Below are positions 57,049 to 64,000 of a stretch of DNA of 64,000 bases, piece by piece. The position numbers were made by a program, and so were the translations under genes. The stretch is from a virus. The stretch covers positions 7,165-71,164 of the IMG/VR virus record IMGVR_UViG_3300003177_000017, one strand, 5' to 3'. The notes under the pieces were generated by a model. That model saw only the letters and a list, made by a program, of their open reading frames with translations, made no database searches and was not told the DNA's origin. Position 1 is the stretch's first letter. Every line of letters starts with the position of its first letter.

Positions 57049-59163
57049 CTATTCTGCTAAATTATACTTAGAAAAGTTACCTATTTTTTGAACCTCGATA
57101 TTAGTATCAAATAAATGTCGGATCTCTTTCCTATGCGATATTACAAAAGTATTCACTGATTCCATTTCATTAAGGATCTCCATGACATATCCAATACCAT
57201 TTGCATCTAATGCACCGTCTAATACTTCGTCAATAATAAGTATATTTGATGATACAGTATTTTTACTTTTTGCTAAATCAATCCACATCAAAAGTATAGC
57301 AATATTTATTCTACTACGTTCTCCGTTTGAAAAACTTCCATAGCTAAATATATCTCTATGTCTTGACTTAATAGTTTCATTAAAGTGTTCATCCAGAACA
57401 AATGAGTAATTAGCTTGCATACGATCTAGATATTTATTAATGCTTGAATTGATCACAGGTAAGTATTGTCTAACAATTTTAGATTTTAATCCAGTATCTT
57501 TTAACATTTCTGTACCTAATTCACACAATTCCTGTTGTTCTGTTAGATCTGTTATACTTGCAGTAATAACATCTAAGTTATTTTTATTGGTTAATAATAA
57601 TTCTTTATAATGTTCTAGTTTGTTGTCTTGTTTCCCCTCAAGATCATTTAATTTTTTACTCAGATCATCAAATTGAGTTTCATTAAAATATTTAGCTGAC
57701 TTTAATCTTGTTATTGCAGAGCTACGTTCTTGATCTAAGTTACAAACTTCTGTGTTATACGGGGTCATTATTTTATTAACCTCATGATCATATACAGATA
57801 ACAATTTTTCATTTTGAAGAACATTTTCATTTTTTATAGAATTACACTGATTAGTCCACTCAGAAATGATCATATCTGTTTTTAATTTATGAGTTGAGTT
57901 TATTTGTTCACAATCATTTTTATACTTATCATTTATTCTCTCACAAATAATACTATGATTTAATCGTTCTTGTTGAACAAAATCAAGATATTTATTATAT
58001 GTTGATTTTATTTCTAATTGTTTATCTAGATCAGATTTTAATATTTCTTTTTGCGCTATGTATTCTTTGTATTCTGTACTAAGTTCATTGATTTTCTTAT
58101 TTATGTTAGTGATTATATCTTTTTTAAAATCTTCAGATATATGTTGTTTACAACGATCACAATTTTCATTATGTTGGTAAAACCCTGCAATAACTTTATG
58201 ATCATTAGCTTTAGAAATACAAACTTCCATCTTAGATCCTAATTCTTTGATCTTTATTTCAGTTTTTTGAATTTTAATATTATCAGGGGCTTGTAGTTCT
58301 GTACGTAAATCTAACTCTGGTAACACAGGCGTGTCAGGAAGCACTGGTAATGATTCAATTATAGGACGCACTGGTAGTATCAAAGGTATATTTTTAGGTT
58401 TCTCTGGTAACACAGGCGTGTCAGGATACGTTATTGGTGTATTGTATAATTCACTAAGATCATTTACTGATTGTGTCAATTTAGTTTGTTGTAATTTTAG
58501 TTCGTTCTTTAGTTGTTGGATCTGAGTTACAGATACTTCTTGAATATTATCAACAATTTCTTGGGTAGATTGTAATTTTGATCTTATGATCTCAATTTTA
58601 TTGTTCTGTTGTTCTAATGTGAACTTAACTTCTTTATAACGTTCCTTCATAGTTATTGACATTTTGCCAATGACTTCTAGATCTAACATTTTTTCTACAA
58701 CAACCCGTCTATCTGGAGTAGATAATTCCATGAATGGCGCAGATGAAGTAGAACTCATAATTGAAGTTTGTGTAAATGTTTTAAAATCTGTTCCAATGAT
58801 CTGTTCTAACTGCTGTTGCAGATCTTTAGTTGCTGCTTCTTGGTCTATTTGTTCATTGTTTTTAAATAGTTTAAATATTGATGGTTTTTGTCCTCGTTGT
58901 ATCTTGTAATCAATACCATTTGCATTAAAATCAAGTTCAATTAACATTTTCTTTTTATTTACTGAGGACACTAATTGATTTAATTTAACATCACGGATAA
59001 CTTTATTGAATAACACATAACAAATCATATCAATAATTGTAGATTTTCCTGCCCCGTTTGTGCCGTATATGATTGTGTTATCTGTACTAGATAAATCAAA
59101 TTCTACCGGTGTAGAACCAATAGAAAGAAAATTCTGCGCTTTAATTGTTTTGAATGTTATCAT
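57049..59163 (-). CDS. Recombination endonuclease ATPase subunit (T4 gp46/SbcC/Rad50-like)
   Basis: NFLSIG, GTNGAGKS, CDRC hook, FS.GE signature, IIDEVLD, ISH. Confidence 0.94.
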   Translation of the reverse strand: MITFKTIKAQNFLSIGSTPVEFDLSSTDNTIIYGTNGAGKSTIIDMICYVLFNKVIRDVKLNQLVSSVNKKKMLIELDFNANGIDYKIQRGQKPSIFKLFKNNEQIDQEAATKDLQQQLEQIIGTDFKTFTQTSIMSSTSSAPFMELSTPDRRVVVEKMLDLEVIGKMSITMKERYKEVKFTLEQQNNKIEIIRSKLQSTQEIVDNIQEVSVTQIQQLKNELKLQQTKLTQSVNDLSELYNTPITYPDTPVLPEKPKNIPLILPVRPIIESLPVLPDTPVLPELDLRTELQAPDNIKIQKTEIKIKELGSKMEVCISKANDHKVIAGFYQHNENCDRCKQHISEDFKKDIITNINKKINELSTEYKEYIAQKEILKSDLDKQLEIKSTYNKYLDFVQQERLNHSIICERINDKYKNDCEQINSTHKLKTDMIISEWTNQCNSIKNENVLQNEKLLSVYDHEVNKIMTPYNTEVCNLDQERSSAITRLKSAKYFNETQFDDLSKKLNDLEGKQDNKLEHYKELLLTNKNNLDVITASITDLTEQQELCELGTEMLKDTGLKSKIVRQYLPVINSSINKYLDRMQANYSFVLDEHFNETIKSRHRDIFSYGSFSNGERSRINIAILLMWIDLAKSKNTVSSNILIIDEVLDGALDANGIGYVMEILNEMESVNTFVISHRKEIRHLFDTNIEVQKIGNFSKYNLAE

Positions 59164-60206
59164 TGAATTCCCCTAGTCTCTTTGTGTATTTGTTGCAATA
59201 ATTTATTCAATTTGTTAGCTTTCTCTGGATATACATCATTGATATAATCCGTGATTAATTCTTCAGTTGATATTGTAGATAACACACCATCAAAAACAAT
59301 AGAAGATGTTTCTGCATCCAATTCCATCAAAGGTTCTATTATTTTTAAGTTATAACATTGTTTTGATTCTAACATATTAATAAATTTGTTATATTTATCA
59401 AAATCTGTTCTGTTGTTAATCACCACTTTAACAATTTTATTCTTTAACTGATCAGAGATCTCAATTAAGTTATCTTCATTGTAACTGATCCGATAATACA
59501 TTTTTTGATCAGATTTTATGAATTCTAAATTATTATTTTTTGTATCTAGAACATGAAATCCCTTATCAGTATTGCAATCAATCCATGACATTTCATACGG
59601 TGTTCCAATATATTTAATATTGTAAGGATAATCACCTTTAGTATGAAAATGCCCTGCTATAGTTAGATCAAATTTCTTAAATAATGATTGTTTTAATCCA
59701 TTTGAACATAAACTGCCACCCATGTTAGCACCATTAATTTCTGGATGGCATACAATAATTTTAGCATCAGTTTCATCTATAGCTGTCAATGAATTAATTT
59801 CATTATATTCACATATCCAAGGCATGAATAAAATTTTAGTTCCATCAAAGGACAATTCTTTACCTGAATTATAAATGAAAATATTATCATAATCAGCCAA
59901 ATGCTCATTGATGGCATTAGGAGTCAATGTATTTTTATAATAAGCATCGTGATTTCCCACAATAACATGTATAGAAATATTAAGTTTTTTCAATTTATCA
60001 AAAAACTTAGTTTTCCATTGATTTAATACATGGGTATTTGTAGATTTTCTATTGTCAAACAAATCTCCTGTTTGAATAATAGTGTTAATTTGATGATCAA
60101 TACAATATTGTATTGTTATGTCTAACACGGATAATTGATAATTCATAAGATTATATGAATTATCAGATGCACCTATATGCAAATCCCCTAATACTAATAT
60201 TTTCAT
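59160..60206 (-). CDS. Recombination endonuclease nuclease subunit (T4 gp47/SbcD/Mre11-like)
   Basis: GDLH.G, GD.FD.R, GNHD, PWI, GHFH, Y.GTPY...W.D...KGF. Confidence 0.94.
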   Translation of the reverse strand: MKILVLGDLHIGASDNSYNLMNYQLSVLDITIQYCIDHQINTIIQTGDLFDNRKSTNTHVLNQWKTKFFDKLKKLNISIHVIVGNHDAYYKNTLTPNAINEHLADYDNIFIYNSGKELSFDGTKILFMPWICEYNEINSLTAIDETDAKIIVCHPEINGANMGGSLCSNGLKQSLFKKFDLTIAGHFHTKGDYPYNIKYIGTPYEMSWIDCNTDKGFHVLDTKNNNLEFIKSDQKMYYRISYNEDNLIEISDQLKNKIVKVVINNRTDFDKYNKFINMLESKQCYNLKIIEPLMELDAETSSIVFDGVLSTISTEELITDYINDVYPEKANKLNKLLQQIHKETRGIQ

Positions 60207-60634
60207 AAAAGATCCTTAAATTCAAAATCCAAATATTTTTCAACAAAATAATGTCTGGTATATTTAACATTAGTATTTACAATATTCTTTATTTTGTCCA
60301 TATAAATATTCAAATCAATTATTTTTTGTAGATCACTATTATCATACACAATAATATCATATTGTATATGATCAATAACAAGTTTAAAATTAAATTTATT
60401 ATGCAGTATATTAAATTTATTGTTATAATAATGTAAATTTATTACAATTTTTTTATTTTTATGTTCTATATAATTAATAAGTTCTTTTGCTTTATCTGAG
60501 TCCATCACAAAATCATAATCAGATTTATCAGTAAATCCTCCCCAACGTCTGGAACCAAAAGGAATAGAATTATGTAAAATATAATCAATTATATCCTGCT
60601 GACTGTTAAGGGAGTGATGATCAAGTGTATTCAT
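60203..60634 (-). CDS. Minimal nucleotidyltransferase-like protein
   Basis: FGSR.......SDYD Pol-beta superfamily motif. Confidence 0.6.
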   Translation of the reverse strand: MNTLDHHSLNSQQDIIDYILHNSIPFGSRRWGGFTDKSDYDFVMDSDKAKELINYIEHKNKKIVINLHYYNNKFNILHNKFNFKLVIDHIQYDIIVYDNSDLQKIIDLNIYMDKIKNIVNTNVKYTRHYFVEKYLDFEFKDLL

Positions 60635-60643
60635 TGTTGTTCC

Positions 60644-61720
60644 TTAATATTCAAATTCTGTATTAAAAGTATCATCTATACTAGATCCCGTCATATAATT
60701 TGTTAGTTGTGCTTCTTGTGCTGCAACTTGGGTTAGATCTTGTTTTATATGTGGATCAATCCAAGTTAAAGGATTTTCCGTAATGTGTTTAAATTTATAA
60801 TTTAATCCTAGTCTAACATAAATACTTTCTGCTAGATATTTTGTATAATCTGACAACAGTTTAGAATTAAATCCTACAATGATTGTAGTTCCTTTAAATA
60901 GATCTTTAGACCATTGTTCTTCTGCTTCTACAGTAGAATTAAGAATTTGCTCAACCTCTGGGACCATTTCTTTCCAAATTTCAGGGTGTTCTTTTGAAAG
61001 AATTTTTAACATGATCATACAATTATTTGCATGTAACACTTCATCATTAAAAATTAACCCAATTTCTTTATCTATCCCATTCAATTTGTTGGTTATTTCA
61101 CATACAGCAAATGTAGAAGCAAATGAGCTTAAAAACATAATACCTTCTAATGCAAGCAAAGTAGTTATTGTTTTAATTAATGTTTTTACCATTTTATCTT
61201 TAGTGTATACGATACCGCATGATAAATTAATTAACATCTGATTATGTTCTTTAAAATTGATAATAATGAATTCAATCCGAGAGATCATACGTTCATCATT
61301 TCTGATACGCTCTAATAGCTGATTAGGGTCTTTAAATACAGTAGCAATCATATTACCATAAGATTTGGCATGTGTTGATTCAGTCATGCTATGATAGCTT
61401 ATAAGAGACTCTAATTGTGGGTTAGAACAAATTGGTAAAAATAATTGTGCAATAGAACCTGATGCCATTGAATCTGATGCCATTTGAAAAGATAATGCTC
61501 TTATAAATATTTCAGTAAGATCATCATCTAAAGACATTAAATCTTTAGCGTCTTGTACCATTGAGATTTCTTTAGCTTTCCAGAATAATGATTGTTGCTC
61601 AATATCTGCTGCCTCAATTTGTGGGTATCTAACATTAAACGAGTCAAACAATCCTACAGGTTCCCCGAAAAAAATAGGGAATTCTGTATTTTTTGTTTTG
61701 ATATTAAATTGTAAACTCAT
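60644..61720 (-). CDS. nrdB: Ribonucleotide reductase class Ia beta subunit
   Basis: FW...E, D, E..H...Y, LEG..F..SF, DE..H iron ligands and radical Tyr. Confidence 0.93.
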   Translation of the reverse strand: MSLQFNIKTKNTEFPIFFGEPVGLFDSFNVRYPQIEAADIEQQSLFWKAKEISMVQDAKDLMSLDDDLTEIFIRALSFQMASDSMASGSIAQLFLPICSNPQLESLISYHSMTESTHAKSYGNMIATVFKDPNQLLERIRNDERMISRIEFIIINFKEHNQMLINLSCGIVYTKDKMVKTLIKTITTLLALEGIMFLSSFASTFAVCEITNKLNGIDKEIGLIFNDEVLHANNCMIMLKILSKEHPEIWKEMVPEVEQILNSTVEAEEQWSKDLFKGTTIIVGFNSKLLSDYTKYLAESIYVRLGLNYKFKHITENPLTWIDPHIKQDLTQVAAQEAQLTNYMTGSSIDDTFNTEFEY

Positions 61721-61935
61721 TTTTCATCTCCTTGTTGTAATGTAATCGTTTTGTCATGTATAGTAAACTCATAAATTTCATTGAAACCACATAATGAAAT
61801 TCCTACAACAACATCACCGTTTGGATAAACATCCAGATATTCATAATTGAATTCTGATGCATCAATAGTTTCATTTCTTTCTTCTGAAATCATTCTTACA
61901 AACTGTATAGCCTGTTCTCTACTGATTATTTTCAT
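61717..61935 (-). CDS. Hypothetical protein
   Basis: 72-aa ORF. Confidence 0.5.
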   Translation of the reverse strand: MKIISREQAIQFVRMISEERNETIDASEFNYEYLDVYPNGDVVVGISLCGFNEIYEFTIHDKTITLQQGDEK

Positions 61936-61938
61936 TAC

Positions 61939-62331
61939 TTAACCTTTTTTAAATTGTTTTAAATTGTTTTCTATAAATGTTTTGGTAGTTTTCCAATTTT
62001 CTAAATATTTCACAATCAAATTTTCATTAGCTTCTAAATACAACTTCAAATAAATATCATTCATATATTCGTATAATTCACCCATGATAACTGAGTCTAA
62101 TTCTTGATCAGATACGAATTTTTTATGTTCTGAATTTCTTTTCAGTTCTAATACAGTTAAAACTTCGTGCAATAATGTAGGTTTAACTACATCGGTACTA
62201 AGTTTCTTTGGTTTCCCATCATAGGCTTTTAAAATATTTACTAAGGTTGTATTATCAGGGCATGTATCCTGTACAAATATAACACAATCAAAAATATCTT
62301 GTTTTAAATCTTGGATTAAATCTTTATTCAT
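61939..62331 (-). CDS. Hypothetical protein
   Basis: 130-aa ORF with GGAG RBS. Confidence 0.55.
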   Translation of the reverse strand: MNKDLIQDLKQDIFDCVIFVQDTCPDNTTLVNILKAYDGKPKKLSTDVVKPTLLHEVLTVLELKRNSEHKKFVSDQELDSVIMGELYEYMNDIYLKLYLEANENLIVKYLENWKTTKTFIENNLKQFKKG

Positions 62332-62354
62332 TTATTACTCCATTTAATTTATAA

Positions 62355-62672
62355 TTAGTTTAAGGTATTCATTTTCTTCATTTTCTTTAATTTCTTTAAT
62401 TTCTTTTTGACGATTTTAAGTGAGTTTATTACTACATCAACTGATTTTGTATTATCAAATCTTAAATAACATTTTATATTAGGAACATCATTTATATCAT
62501 AATAAGATGGAAGAAAATCACCAACACATTTATTTTTATCCAATTCATTGATTATAATTCCTACCATGTCTTTTTTATCCATCCAAGTTCCTACCCCTAA
62601 CTTACCACCAAAAGTTAAAGTCGGGATCATCACTCCGTTAAATCTTACCTGTTTATAACCAGAACTATTCAT
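62355..62672 (-). CDS. Hypothetical protein
   Basis: 105-aa ORF with basic C-terminus. Confidence 0.55.
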   Translation of the reverse strand: MNSSGYKQVRFNGVMIPTLTFGGKLGVGTWMDKKDMVGIIINELDKNKCVGDFLPSYYDINDVPNIKCYLRFDNTKSVDVVINSLKIVKKKLKKLKKMKKMNTLN

Positions 62673-62690
62673 TTTGTATCCTTATTCTAC

Positions 62691-62714
62691 GTCCTGTGTT
62701 TTAAAACACAGGAC
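62691..62714. repeat. Perfect 24-bp palindrome
   Basis: gtcctgtgttttaaaacacaggac in intergenic space after nrdA. Confidence 0.8.
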
Positions 62715-62756
62715 AAATTATTAAGTAATATAAAACATATTAATATTAATTGCAAG

Positions 62757-64000
62757 CTATAAAGAACAATTTTCACAACTTTGTTCTGTCTTAACTTCAC
62801 CTCGACCGGTTTTGCTATTATTATAATATAAGGTTTTCATTCCCATTTTATTTCCATATAGTAAATTCTTAACTGACTCAGATAATGATACCTTACCATC
62901 TTTCATTTTAGTAAAATCTGTGTATGTATCTGCTGATATGCTCTGGTCTGTAAATTTCTGAATTATTGCATAACAATTAACAAGATCATTATACGGCAAT
63001 TCCCATGCAGTTGTATAGTTATATTTTTCAACATCTGGTGCAAAACATTGAATTTTTCCTGTCCTTGAATCTTTATATATCATTTCTGATCTAATTGGAT
63101 ACAGTCCATTAGTATTATTTGTTGCTACTGAGCTGCTTTCACATGGCATGTGTGCTACTAATGTACTAAATCTAACTCCATGCTCTTGCACCTCATTCTG
63201 TAGTTCTTCCCAATTGTATTCTAACTTATTATATAACTTATCTACATTTTTATTATAAGTTTGTAAAGGTGTCCATCCTTCAGCCCATTTAGTTTCATGT
63301 ATTAACGGAAAACTTCCCCTTTCCTTTGCTAATCTAACACTAGCTTTCAACATGAAATAATAATGTCTTTCTGCCAATTTATGAATTACATCTAAGTCTT
63401 TATAATTCTTTCCTAACTTAGCCAAATAATGTGCAAGATCAGTAATTCCTACACCAATAGATCTATATTGATTTGCTGATGATTTTAATTGCGGTAATGG
63501 ATAGTGCATTGATTGCATTAAATTATCTAATCCTTTTGCAACAATATAACAACATTCCTCATAATCTTTATCTGATTCTATTGCAGTAATATTAATAGCT
63601 CCAATAAAACATTGAGCAGTTAGTCCAGTTTTGTCCGAAACATAATCTTGATACAATTCAGTTATGTGATTATATTCTTGAGTAGGCAATGTAATTTCTG
63701 AACATAAATTGCTCAGTCTAACAGTTTTATTAAAGGGGGAGTGTTCATTTACGTTGTCTACATTAAAAAGGTATACTCGCCCCGTGGCTTGTCTTACCTC
63801 TAAATATTTAACTAAAAGATCAAAAGCATTCAAAATTTTACCTTGATTTTCTTCAATCGCTTTATCCATCAAAGAACTAAAATTATATCTGTTGTTATAA
63901 AATGCGTTGTATAATTCTGGATTAATTCTTTGTGATACAACACACCATTTTTGTTTCTTTGCTGCTCTACGTAAAAAATCATTATTTAAACATAATGAAT
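62757..64000 (-). CDS. nrdA: Ribonucleotide reductase class I alpha subunit (5' part outside window)
   Basis: SNLCSEI, R.IGVG, MP.ESSS, DQSIS, KTLYY, C-terminal CENC; frame open to window edge. Confidence 0.95.
   Translation of the reverse strand, partial: SLCLNNDFLRRAAKKQKWCVVSQRINPELYNAFYNNRYNFSSLMDKAIEENQGKILNAFDLLVKYLEVRQATGRVYLFNVDNVNEHSPFNKTVRLSNLCSEITLPTQEYNHITELYQDYVSDKTGLTAQCFIGAINITAIESDKDYEECCYIVAKGLDNLMQSMHYPLPQLKSSANQYRSIGVGITDLAHYLAKLGKNYKDLDVIHKLAERHYYFMLKASVRLAKERGSFPLIHETKWAEGWTPLQTYNKNVDKLYNKLEYNWEELQNEVQEHGVRFSTLVAHMPCESSSVATNNTNGLYPIRSEMIYKDSRTGKIQCFAPDVEKYNYTTAWELPYNDLVNCYAIIQKFTDQSISADTYTDFTKMKDGKVSLSESVKNLLYGNKMGMKTLYYNNSKTGRGEVKTEQSCENCSL

Noticed and set aside
1-64000. 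Stop-codon reassignment
   Set aside because: Long genes are intact in code 11, and TAA, TAG and TGA all end genes at expected positions; the breaks seen are frameshifts.
25500-64000. tRNA genes or prophage integrase/repressor
   Set aside because: No cloverleaf or T-loop consensus found by eye; no integrase, attP or host genes in the window.

Overview
AT-rich segment of a large tailed-phage genome, open at both ends, with two convergent arms meeting at a bidirectional terminator (~25460-25500). Plus arm (1-25457): a lambda/HK97-type non-contractile tail module (connector, stopper, terminator, tube, G/G-T chaperones with an A_AAA_AAG -1 frameshift, 901-aa tape measure, tip proteins, 2581-aa central fibre with S74 chaperone), extra virion/fibre genes and a holin-lysozyme cassette. 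Minus arm (25571-64000): a T4-type replication/recombination and nucleotide-metabolism set (gp43, gp45, gp44/62, gp32, gp59, RNase H, ligase, UvsW/UvsY, gp46/47, Dda, DexA, ThyA, NrdA/B, Rnl2) with an AEP-type primase, a T5 A1-like nuclease and two DNA methyltransferases. The host is probably a marine gammaproteobacterium (inference). The most striking features are: (1) an integrase-less cluster of integron attC-like sites at 46.6-48.2 kb and 53.2 kb, with cassette genes read antisense that take stop codons and sometimes RBS/start codons from the attC sites; (2) accessory genes (an MTase, thyA) bounded by exact duplications of the RBS-start junction; (3) an MqsA-like zinc-finger fusion lacking the HTH; (4) several small tandem duplications or indels that break dam, the dNMP kinase and a membrane protein. 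All family assignments come from motif recognition only; no searches were run.
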